From contig JBPOIK010000112.1 in assembly GCA_052034525.1 (NCBI GenBank), positions 29,874 to 93,873 on the forward strand: 64,000 nt of DNA, given 5' to 3'. The notes beneath the pieces are model-generated. The model was not told the DNA's origin, ran no database searches, and saw only the letters and a list, made by a program, of their open reading frames with translations. Made by a program: the position numbers and the translations under genes. The DNA comes from Planctomycetota bacterium (GTDB lineage Bacteria > Planctomycetota > Phycisphaerae > UBA1845). Position 1 is the first letter of the stretch, and each line of letters begins with the position of its first letter. Shown here piece by piece: positions 1-7,929 of this stretch.

Positions 1-1256
1 GAAAGCTCAGCACTGACGGGCCGCGCTCCATTCGTGTCGGCCGATTGCACGGACTGCTCGAACGCGATCATGGCGTCATTTCGCTTACGCAACTGGTCGA
101 AATCGGCGGACAGCCTCGCCGCCTGTTCAGGCGTTCCGCCGGCAGTCTGTACCATTCGCTCAATGGTTGCGATAACCCGTTGGCGCCTTGGCGCTTCGCG
201 GGGCAAAGGCATGGCTGCCATCAATTCGTGAAGCTCCGAAAGCAGTTCTGACGGCGGGATCGGCTGTGCTTTCGGTTCCGGGGCCTCCGGTGCCACGACG
301 CCGGGTCCACCAAAACCCCCGATGTCCTCGGACGGTGTGCGCACCAGCAGCCAGGCCAGGACGACCACCATCACGGCCAGCACGGCGGAGAGAGCCCACC
401 CGGCGTACTGGGTGAACGACGGACCTCCGGTCGGCCCCTCCACCACGATCACCGGCTGGTTGGCCGGGCCCCGCGGAGTGCGGGATTCGTACTGGCCGAA
501 GCCTGTGTAAGTCGCGACCGTGGCCGAGTCCACGGTTCCCTGGCGCAACCCGGCCTCTTCCAGAACCTGAGCGTACGTCGTCAGAGGCACTTCTTCGTGC
601 GGGTTGACCACAGACGCATTTGCGGCGATCGGGGCTTCGGTAGCCACACAATTTACCGTTGCGCCGAGTCGGCTGTTCAGACTTCGATACGCCAGGCTGA
701 ACTGTCCCCGTGCCGACGGCGGGATCAGCATGATCAGGCATCGCGCCTCATCGGGTCCGAAATCAGCCTCCCGGATCACCAGCGACGCCGGCCGGCCGGC
801 CCCCCGCTCGATCCGGCTGATCAGGTTCAACAGAAGGGGCGCTCGGCTCCGCCCCACAGAGATGCGTCCCGATGGTGTAACGGAAACATCCAGCGGGGCC
901 AGGCGCGAGGTTCCATCCCACTTCCAGAGCTCCGGCGTGCGCAACAGCAGCCCCACATCCGCCCGCAACACGCCGTCCCAGTCTGCGGCCGAGACCACGG
1001 CCGAGTATATCAGCAGCGTCGTCCGGCCCTGCTCGTCCGGCGCGCCCGGCACAAGCCGGCTGAGCACACGTCGCGCGGCCAGCGAGCGGATCCAGTAGGC
1101 GGGATTTCGAACCAGCGATTCGACGAACGCCTGTGACGAGGGCTGCCCAAAGGAGAACGCTTCCAGTTGCCGGCCTTCCTGGCTCGATATGCCGGGGCTG
1201 CAGGCCAGTGTGCGATAGCCCGTCACCGAGCCGAAGATGTGGCGTTCGACGATCAT
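1..1256 (-). CDS. Membrane protein, C-terminus beyond the window edge; N-terminal domain reminiscent of GTPase-associated protein 1 (GAP1-N-like)
   Basis: Absent from the ORF track because no stop lies in the window. Hand translation of the minus strand from ATG (complement of 1254-1256, GGAGG 5 nt upstream) gives MIVERHIFGSVTGYRTLACSPGISSQEGRQLEAFSFGQPSSQAF... I checked codons one by one over 3-780 and found no stop. The rest was translated by eye, stays open and reads sensibly. Third positions are G/C-rich. One TM helix WALSAVLAVMVVVLAWLLV at about 342-398. Plus-strand ORFs 597..1136 and 604..1098 are shadows. Confidence 0.8.
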   Translation of the reverse strand, partial: MIVERHIFGSVTGYRTLACSPGISSQEGRQLEAFSFGQPSSQAFVESLVRNPAYWIRSLAARRVLSRLVPGAPDEQGRTTLLIYSAVVSAADWDGVLRADVGLLLRTPELWKWDGTSRLAPLDVSVTPSGRISVGRSRAPLLLNLISRIERGAGRPASLVIREADFGPDEARCLIMLIPPSARGQFSLAYRSLNSRLGATVNCVATEAPIAANASVVNPHEEVPLTTYAQVLEEAGLRQGTVDSATVATYTGFGQYESRTPRGPANQPVIVVEGPTGGPSFTQYAGWALSAVLAVMVVVLAWLLVRTPSEDIGGFGGPGVVAPEAPEPKAQPIPPSELLSELHELMAAMPLPREAPRRQRVIATIERMVQTAGGTPEQAARLSADFDQLRKRNDAMIAFEQSVQSADTNGARPVSAEL

Positions 1257-1286
1257 GGGCGCCTCCCCACAAGCCTCTCAGGCCGG

Positions 1287-2564
1287 TCAGCTCCGCATGA
1301 AGTAAATCAACAGAATGATGCATGCACCGACCATCACGAGGCCGGCCAGGAACACGGCGAATTTCACCTGCCGCCGCCGTTCCTGTTCCTCCAGGGCACG
1401 GGTGAGCTGGTGCAGGCGCGCATCCTCCGCCCGCCGACGGACTTCCGCCTCCGTCTGCTGCGCGCTGCGTATGATCTGTTTCATGCAGAAGGTCAGCGGC
1501 TCCTCCACGTGGTACGCCATGGAGTCCGGGCGCGGCCGCAACTGGCCGCGTTCGTCGCGAACGGTCTGCACGGCCGACATCGCAAAGATCTGAACGCGCC
1601 GCAGGGTGCGCAGCAGCGCCGGAAAGTGCTTCCGAACGAATCCTTTGGGGCCTCCGTGACGGGTCAGCAAGTCCTTGTATTGATCGTACTTGGTCAGCAC
1701 CAGGACGACCGGCACCTCTTCTCCGCCCGGCCAGCGTCGGATGCGTTCAAGCGCTTTGACGATGCCGAAGTCATCATCCACGACCGCCTCGAGCAACTGG
1801 CTCACCATAACGGCCGGATCGACCAGAACGATCACGGCCGCGGCGCGGTCAATGTGGCTAAGTAATTCCCGCACCTCCGGGATATCGGATTGCTCATGGA
1901 CAAATGCCCTGCTGAACAGCTCGCCCGCGTAGTCCAGGCCGACCATCACGTGCCGCCGCCCCTGATAGCAGACTTCCATCTCCAGGTGCGTGGAGGAGAT
2001 GGTGGCGGGTGGCCAGTCCCCCTTGCGCAGACAGTCGGCCACCTGTTCCAGGAACAGGTGGGCGGGGCCACTGAGCGCTGTCATGGACAACTCGCCCGTG
2101 CTCCGCCACAGGCGTTCGTAGAGGCGAGCCAGAAATATCGTCTTGCCGGCCGCCCGGCGGCCGATGACGACGATACGATCGCGCTCCGGCGGCGGCCCGT
2201 CCAGCGGCGGCAGAAGGGCTTCGGGCTCCGCGGCGGTGTCATTACTGAACAGGCCCCCTTTAGGAACGCCCTCCAGGACCGGTGCATTCAGCGCCAGCCC
2301 GTCCTGCGCCTCATCGTCCAGAATCTCCAGGTCGGGCAGGTCACGATACGATCCCGTGGCTGCCCCGGCGCCACCCCCGCCTCCATTGTTCAGAACGCTC
2401 AGAAGCGGAGCCCACTTGCTGCCGTCCCAAACGAGGGCTTGGTCGGTGATCTGCCGGCAAGCCAGCATCTTTTTCAGATCGGCCGGTCGGTACGGACCAC
2501 TGACACGTCCGCCCTCCGAAACGTGCCACGTATTGTTTTCTTGATATGAATCCGACGTCTGCAT
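1287..2564 (-). CDS. GYF-domain protein fused to a P-loop (TRAFAC-type) GTPase with a C-terminal membrane anchor
   Basis: ORF track, 425 aa. GYF_2-like N-terminus (WHVSEGGRVSGPYRPADLKKMLACRQITDQALVWDGSKWAPL). Walker A VVIGRRAAGKT, DxxG as LDYAGE, NKxD variant LTKYD. Coiled coil (EAEVRRRAEDARLHQLTRALEEQERRRQ), then TM FAVFLAGLVMVGACIILLIYF. The next gene starts 30 nt downstream. Confidence 0.85.
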   Translation of the reverse strand: MQTSDSYQENNTWHVSEGGRVSGPYRPADLKKMLACRQITDQALVWDGSKWAPLLSVLNNGGGGGAGAATGSYRDLPDLEILDDEAQDGLALNAPVLEGVPKGGLFSNDTAAEPEALLPPLDGPPPERDRIVVIGRRAAGKTIFLARLYERLWRSTGELSMTALSGPAHLFLEQVADCLRKGDWPPATISSTHLEMEVCYQGRRHVMVGLDYAGELFSRAFVHEQSDIPEVRELLSHIDRAAAVIVLVDPAVMVSQLLEAVVDDDFGIVKALERIRRWPGGEEVPVVLVLTKYDQYKDLLTRHGGPKGFVRKHFPALLRTLRRVQIFAMSAVQTVRDERGQLRPRPDSMAYHVEEPLTFCMKQIIRSAQQTEAEVRRRAEDARLHQLTRALEEQERRRQVKFAVFLAGLVMVGACIILLIYFMRS

Positions 2565-2861
2565 GCCGTCGCCCTGCCGGGAGCCGATTCGTACCGGTTG
2601 ATACGGACGACAGAGTCGTCCCCGTTGGCATACCCGCAGTCACCGAGCAGCTCGAATCGTATCCCACAGTGCGCGGGCATGTCATGACCGACTACTTCAT
2701 TCTACTGCTCTGGCGCCCTTTTTCCACCATCGAGGTGCGACGCAATGGCTTGCGGCCTTCACCGGCAATATGCTATGGTTGGGGGCGCACGACTGCCTCA
2801 GACCGCGACCTGGTCGGTGCCGTGCGAGCGGTCGCTCGGGCCGGCTCGGAGAATCCATCGA

Positions 2862-5387
2862 ATGGCCGCCCGACGCTTCCAGAACGTTGCCTGCCCGATT
2901 TGCCTTCGGCTCATCCGAAAGAGTGAGGCCACGGAAGACTGTGCTCAGTGCCGGCAATCATTCCACGCCGACTGCTGGAACCGGGCGGGCGGATGCAACA
3001 GCCCAGGATGCCCTCGCGAAGGCCGATCGGCTGGGTCTGCAGCCGACGCGACGCCCCTTCCCGCCGGTGCGGAGGAAAGGACGGCGGAGGTTCATGCTCC
3101 GTCCACCCCCCAAGCCGTGGATGCGGGCATGGAAGCACCCGTTGCTCAGACTGTGGTCGCGATCCGGTCACTTCGTCCGCCCAGGCCTCCACGCATCTGG
3201 TGGATTCCGGTCTTCATCACGGTGTTTGTGGTCGTTGTCGCGGTTCTCGTAACGGCTGTGATCGTCGCGAACGAAGCACAGGTGCGCCGGGCCCGCCGCG
3301 AGTTTGCCGCCCTCAAGGCCCGGGCCCGCGAGGCCCCGCCGCGTCAGGCCACGGAAATGTACCAGCAGTATATCGACACGCATCCGGCTGGCCGGCTGAC
3401 GATTCAGGCGGCGCGGGAGCGCGATCAGGCAAGAGCCGACATCGACGAATGGGACTGGCAGCAGGCCCAGGTCGCGGCGACGGAGCATGGCGAGGATATC
3501 GCGGCGTCCCGGGACGCCTATGAGTCCTATCTGCGTCTGCAGCCCTCCGGAGCCTACGTGGATCTGGCGAAACGGCAGATTCGCCGGCTGAATGAACGGG
3601 CCGAGCGGAGAGTCTTCGAGGAAGCAGCCGCCGAACCGGATCCTGACCGCCGCGCGAAGCGGCTCCAGGAATACGTGGATTCCCATCCGGAGGGCGTTCA
3701 TGCCGACGCGGCGCGAGGACTGCTGGCCCAGATTTCGGACGAGCGGGAAGAGAAGGCTTTCAAGGAGTGGATGAAGTCGCTCGATACCCTGCGCAAAGCC
3801 GGTCAGCTCCATGACGCACTCCGCACGGCGGATCGGGCGATCGACAGTTGCCGTTCGGATTCCCGACGTGCCCGGCTTCACGAGCTCCGCATGGAACTTC
3901 GCGACGCCGCCGCCCGGCAGGCGCTCAGAGCTCTCGAAAACATGCCCGTGACCCGACCCCGCGAACGGGATCGCGCGATTGCCGCGGCGCGGCGGATTCT
4001 GGCCCGGTTTGGCGATGTCCCGAGCGCCTCTATCGCGAAGCCGCGGCTTCAGGCGCTTCTTGAGGCGATAAGCAAGGCGCGCGCCGCCGATCTGAGCGCT
4101 CGTCTGGTCGGGCTGACCGACCCCAGACTGACGTTACGCACAATCCGTGATTTCGTTGTAGAGGCCGGGTCTTCGGCAGACGATCCGGCAATGCACACGT
4201 TGCTTCTGGAGGCCTTCGGAGCGTATTACCGCCTGTTGATTCTGGAGGCTCCACTCCCGGCGCTCTACGAGCTGACTCTGACCGACGGCAGTACGATCGC
4301 GGGCCAGGTCGACGAGCAGCCTTTGGCCTATAAGGTCATCCTGCCCTCCGGCCAGAAGCGGTTTGTGTCCTTGAATGAAGTGCGACGAATCGACCCATTG
4401 CCCGAGCGCAGCGCCGCCGAAGAATTGCGTCGGGCATTGGACAACCGCCGGCTCACCGCGGAAAACGCCGAGGAAATACTGTCCCTGGCCCAAAGCACCG
4501 GAGCCGTGCCACAAACGGACGCCGCCCAGGCGTTCCTCGCTGTGTTGGACCCGGTGAACGAGCAGGCCCGGCGGCACATGCAGCAGGCCGGCTGGATCGG
4601 CGAATTGGGCGGTTGGTTTCCGAAAGACGACGTGGAGCCGACCCTCGGCGGTTCGTGGATCCGGGACGAATGGTGCCCGCCCGAACGCCTGGCCTGGATT
4701 CACGATCGCGTGCAGGCACGACAACCCGACGTCATATCTGAAGCGGAACGCTTGGCGAAAGAGAAAGTGAAGCTGGCCAACATCGAAATCTTTCGGATGA
4801 GCATGCAGGTTCCGCTGGAGTGCACCGTTTCGCTGCGCGAGGAGCCCGTGTTGACTGTCTACACATCCAGTCCGGACGGCATGACAGTGGAGATGCGATA
4901 CTCGTTTGCCATCCACGTGACGCCCAAGCAAACCATCAGCGATCAACAAATCGGGGCCCTGGTGGCGAAAAGACTGGCTGCCCTGGAGTCACACGCGAAG
5001 CTGGCCGCCACTCTGAAGATCGAACGCAAGGCGCTGTACGAGGTGGGATTCGGGTTCACGCTGGCGATCCGGGACGGCCGATGGTTCGTTGAAACAGTAT
5101 TGCCGGGCAGCCCCGCGCACAACGCGGGAGTCGAGCCCGGACATGCGGTCACCCGGATTGGCCCGGCATTGCTGACCGACCAGCTCGCGGAGGCCGACGT
5201 TGCCAGTCTGATGGCCGGCGCCGAGGGGACTTCCGCCCGCATCGAGTTCGCCGACGGCGCGGAGAGCTACGACCTGGACCTGGTGCGTGAGCCGCTGGTG
5301 CGTTGGATCGAGGGTCATTCCGTGATCATGGAGCATAATCTGGACGGAATGGATACCCCCCGGACGGAGCCCCCGAAGGCTCTGTGA
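2862..5387 (+). CDS. RING-like zinc-finger / single TM / helical-repeat / C-terminal PDZ domain protein
   Basis: Track ORF is 2745..5387. I prefer ATG 2862, which has GGAGA about 10 nt upstream. N-terminus CPICLRLIRKSEATEDCAQCRQSFHADCWNRAGGCNSPGC has a C-x2-C...C-x2-C-x4-H-x2-C...C-x4-C layout, as in prokaryotic RING finger family 1. TM WWIPVFITVFVVVVAVLVTAVIVA. Three Y-x2-Y-x3-HP-x-G helical repeats. PDZ-like RDGRWFVETVLPGSPAHNAGVEPGHAVTRIG. Confidence 0.85.
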   Translation: MAARRFQNVACPICLRLIRKSEATEDCAQCRQSFHADCWNRAGGCNSPGCPREGRSAGSAADATPLPAGAEERTAEVHAPSTPQAVDAGMEAPVAQTVVAIRSLRPPRPPRIWWIPVFITVFVVVVAVLVTAVIVANEAQVRRARREFAALKARAREAPPRQATEMYQQYIDTHPAGRLTIQAARERDQARADIDEWDWQQAQVAATEHGEDIAASRDAYESYLRLQPSGAYVDLAKRQIRRLNERAERRVFEEAAAEPDPDRRAKRLQEYVDSHPEGVHADAARGLLAQISDEREEKAFKEWMKSLDTLRKAGQLHDALRTADRAIDSCRSDSRRARLHELRMELRDAAARQALRALENMPVTRPRERDRAIAAARRILARFGDVPSASIAKPRLQALLEAISKARAADLSARLVGLTDPRLTLRTIRDFVVEAGSSADDPAMHTLLLEAFGAYYRLLILEAPLPALYELTLTDGSTIAGQVDEQPLAYKVILPSGQKRFVSLNEVRRIDPLPERSAAEELRRALDNRRLTAENAEEILSLAQSTGAVPQTDAAQAFLAVLDPVNEQARRHMQQAGWIGELGGWFPKDDVEPTLGGSWIRDEWCPPERLAWIHDRVQARQPDVISEAERLAKEKVKLANIEIFRMSMQVPLECTVSLREEPVLTVYTSSPDGMTVEMRYSFAIHVTPKQTISDQQIGALVAKRLAALESHAKLAATLKIERKALYEVGFGFTLAIRDGRWFVETVLPGSPAHNAGVEPGHAVTRIGPALLTDQLAEADVASLMAGAEGTSARIEFADGAESYDLDLVREPLVRWIEGHSVIMEHNLDGMDTPRTEPPKAL

Positions 5388-5434
5388 AGCAGGCGAAAGG
5401 CGCACCCTGCGCCGTTCTGCCGGGAGATGCAAGT

Positions 5435-5938
5435 ATGTCGATCAGCTTTTCCTGTCCAACCTGCAAGACCACCCTGCAGGCCCCCAAGGAATATGCCGGC
5501 CGACCGGCCCGGTGCAAGCACTGCGGAGCAACCGTCCGGCTCCCGCAACCCGCGACTGCCGGCGGCGACATCCCGCCCGCGCCTTCGCCCCTCCCGCCGC
5601 GCGACCAGACACACGTGCTGGCCGTCGCAGTCGCGGGTGTAAATCACCGATCCGCCGAACGGCACCCGGTGCTGCGATTCTCCTTCACCCACTCCGGCAT
5701 GGGCCGCGTCCTGGCGACGGCTGCGCTGGTTCTCTTTCTCCTGGCGATTCTCGCGTCACTGTTCACATTCTGGCAGATCGATTGGAAGGAACTGCGCAGC
5801 ATGCCTTTCGATCTGGCCGTCTCTCTTCTGGCGCTGACCCTCGTGCCCGGCTTGTCCCTGACGCTGCTGGGGTTGTTCACCCTGGCCACGGCACACATTC
5901 TCGAATACCTCGCTCGGATCGCCACGCGGTTGCCATGA
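5435..5938 (+). CDS. Zinc-ribbon membrane protein (N-terminal CxxC...CxxC, C-terminal TM helices)
   Basis: Track ORF 5384..5938 starts at a GTG that overlaps the upstream stop. ATG 5435 has GGGAGA 8 nt upstream and gives MSISFSCPTCKTTLQAPKEYAGRPARCKHCGATVRLP. Hydrophobic C-terminal half (VLATAALVLFLLAILASLF, LAVSLLALTLVPGLSLTLLGLFTLA). Confidence 0.75.
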   Translation: MSISFSCPTCKTTLQAPKEYAGRPARCKHCGATVRLPQPATAGGDIPPAPSPLPPRDQTHVLAVAVAGVNHRSAERHPVLRFSFTHSGMGRVLATAALVLFLLAILASLFTFWQIDWKELRSMPFDLAVSLLALTLVPGLSLTLLGLFTLATAHILEYLARIATRLP

Positions 5939-6385
5939 TCAGATCCCTGCGGCAGAACCGGTGGGAGTCAGCATATGGATGGGGTTCTCTGGAATCGGGC
6001 GATGAGAGGCTTCTTGCCGTATCCTGGTCGGATGCCTTCGGGCGCAAAAGAACGGGAATGGCTAAGCGGCGGTGAAAACGGAACATCAATTCTATGAATG
6101 TCCCGCGATCGTCAAGCGTAAATCATGACGCTGTTTTGCCGCGTTTCTCTGTAAGAACTCAGTCGTGTACACCGGGACAATTCGGCCGGTGTGAGTGGGC
6201 GGGGGGTGAGTGACTGGGATCAGGAAGCAGGAACGAGGGCGGAGCTCGCAAGTTGCTCGGCCTTCCAGGCGGCGGGCAGGAGCGAGGCGGGATCCGTGTC
6301 GGGGGGAAGGCGGGCGATGAGGCCGCGCATGTGGAGGAACGGGGACCGGTCCGAATCCTCAGACAGTCTTCGTGTATCGAGAGAA

Positions 6386-6493
6386 AGCCGGCTGAAGCCG
6401 GCTGCGAGGGAGAATACAGAGAGGGAGTGAGGGGAGCTGGCTTCTTCCCCCCGGCTCAAGCCGGGGGCACTGACTGGCCGGCTGAAGCCGGCC
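6386..6493. repeat. Three related GC-rich hairpins (sCCGGC-TsAA-GCCGGs)
   Basis: AGCCGGC-TGAA-GCCGGCT at 6386-6403. CCCCCGGC-TCAA-GCCGGGGG at 6448-6467. GGCCGGC-TGAA-GCCGGCC at 6476-6493. Stems of 7-8 bp with 4-nt loops, read directly from the sequence. Confidence 0.6.
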
Positions 6494-6860
6494 GGAGCGC
6501 CCGGCCCGGAGAATCAATCTGCGGTTGCAGCGCCTGGGCCGAAGAACCAAACCCCGGCCGCAGCGGTCGGTCCGGACAACCAGATCCCGGACAGGAGGCC
6601 CGGTCCGAAGAAGCAAACCTCGGCCGCGGCGGCCGGCCCGGACGACGGAGTCCCGGTCGGAGTGGCCAGCTTGGACAATCAGACCCCGATCGGGGCTCGC
6701 GCTCCGGAGAATCAGACCCGGGCGAGCGGCCCAGGCGTTGGACTCAGTGGGTCAGGGTCTGGCGGTTCAGGCGACGCCGCCGGCAATACTCCGCCTGGCT
6801 CAGGCTGCTCGCCTCCAGCGCCGCCACGATTCGCTGTCAGCAGCCCGCGCGATCCGACAT
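6456..6860 (-). pseudogene. Decayed small HTH ORF (IS66 Orf1/TnpA-like N-terminus) with two in-frame TGA codons; tail encoded by the 33-bp repeat array
   Basis: Hand translation from ATG (complement of 6858-6860): MSDRAGC*QRIVAALEASSLSQAEYCRRRRLNRQTLTH*VQRLGRSPGSDSPEREPRSGSDCPS...QSVPPA*. That is 135 codons including the terminal stop. The first 39 codons are G/C at 33 of 39 third positions. Both internal TGAs sit where Trp is expected in a W-x10-S-x-LS-x2-[FY]C...W helix-turn-helix layout. Confidence 0.4.
6506..6736. repeat. Tandem degenerate repeat, 7 units of exactly 33 bp
   Basis: Units start at 6506, 6539, 6572, 6605, 6638, 6671 and 6704. Unit sequences: ccggagaatcaatctgcggttgcagcgcctggg / ccgaagaaccaaaccccggccgcagcggtcggt / ccggacaaccagatcccggacaggaggcccggt / ccgaagaagcaaacctcggccgcggcggccggc / ccggacgacggagtcccggtcggagtggccagc / ttggacaatcagaccccgatcggggctcgcgct / ccggagaatcagacccgggcgagcggcccaggc. 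Confidence 0.85.
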
Positions 6861-6959
6861 GGCGCACCTTCAGCCGGCGCATCGTGCCCGCCGGGATCGT
6901 GTGGGTTTGGCGATTCGCCGGGGGCGATCGCCTGTCCGGAATCCGCGTGGGTTCGCTTT

Positions 6960-7805
6960 CTACCCCTTCAGCCCCGTGGTCGCGATGCCCCGGATGAACG
7001 TGCGCTGGGCGAGGAAAAACAGCAGCAGTACGGGAATCACCGTCAGTGTCGCGGCGGCCAGAAGCTGGTTCCATTCCGTGTTGCCCGAGCGGCTTTGCAG
7101 GAATTGCAGTCCCAGCGCCAGCGTGAACTGTCCCTGGTGGGTCAGGTACACCAGCGGTCCCAGCAGATCGTTCCAGACGGTCAGAAAATGAAACAGCGCC
7201 ACGACGGCCAGGGCGGGTTTCGAAAGAGGAAGCACGATCCGCCAGAACACCCCCCAGGTGGTGCAGCCGTCGATGCGGGCCGCCTCCTCCAGCTCACGCG
7301 GAATGGTCATGAAGAACTGCCGCAGCAGGAAGATGTTGAATGCGCTGCCGAACCAGGCCGGCACCCAGAGCGGCAGAAACGTGCCGATCCAGCCCAGGTG
7401 CCGGAAAATCATGTACGTGGGGATCATGGTCACGGGAAACGGGATCATCATGGTGGCCAGGCAGATGCCGAACATCACCGTGCGACCGCGAAACGGCACC
7501 CGGGCGAAGCCGTACGCGGCGATGGAACTCGAGGCCAGCACACCCACCAGGCTCAGGCCCGCGATGATCAGCGTGTTGCGCGTGTAGAGCAGAAAATCGA
7601 AGTGCTCCGACCGGAAGACCGCCTCATAGGCGTCCGTCCGCGGCTCCTGGGGCAGGAACTTGGGCGGATATGCGATGACCTCCGTGTTCGGCTTCAAGCT
7701 GACCATGGCCATCCAGACCAGCGGCAGCACGAACAGCGCCGAGACTCCGATCAGCGCGACATACGTCGCGAAGCGGGGAAAGAACTGAACGTTCCGTCGG
7801 TTCAT
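6960..7805 (-). CDS. Carbohydrate ABC transporter permease (MalG-like)
   Basis: Track ORF is 6960..7889. The internal ATG at 7805 gives the typical N-terminus MNRRNVQFFPRFATYVALIGVSALFVLPLVWMAMVSLKP. EAA-type loop RIDGCTTWGVFWRIVLPLSKPAL. Confidence 0.9.
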   Translation of the reverse strand: MNRRNVQFFPRFATYVALIGVSALFVLPLVWMAMVSLKPNTEVIAYPPKFLPQEPRTDAYEAVFRSEHFDFLLYTRNTLIIAGLSLVGVLASSSIAAYGFARVPFRGRTVMFGICLATMMIPFPVTMIPTYMIFRHLGWIGTFLPLWVPAWFGSAFNIFLLRQFFMTIPRELEEAARIDGCTTWGVFWRIVLPLSKPALAVVALFHFLTVWNDLLGPLVYLTHQGQFTLALGLQFLQSRSGNTEWNQLLAAATLTVIPVLLLFFLAQRTFIRGIATTGLKG

Positions 7806-7929
7806 GGCGCTGTGCCGAAAATGGCGGATGCCCGACGCCCGAGGTCCGGGCTCAGCAGGATGGGTTGCCGACCACCCGTTCCAGCACACCCATCATTTGT
7901 CTTTGGCCGTTGGTCATTTGCCATTTCTG

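Noticed and set aside
6215-6240. SRP-RNA-like string (GGGATCAGGAAGCAGGAACG)
   Set aside because: Only the AGCAG/GGAA fragments match. The flanking helix pairing expected for domain IV cannot be drawn.
6506-6736. Possible CRISPR array (regular 33-bp spacing)
   Set aside because: The whole 33-bp unit is a degenerate repeat. There are no conserved repeats alternating with unique spacers. The units are too short, and no cas genes are present.
6191-6997. Plus-strand reading frame that would give a 268-aa protein (GTG 6191) if the TGA at 6428-6430 were read through. It contains RLKPA motifs and the P[EKD]NQ[ST]P repeats.
   Set aside because: It is purine-rich with many AGG/GGG codons and low G/C at third positions compared with real genes. 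No canonical start exists after the stop, and the C-terminal part overlaps the permease gene and looks non-protein-like. It is kept only as an alternative inside the repeat finding.
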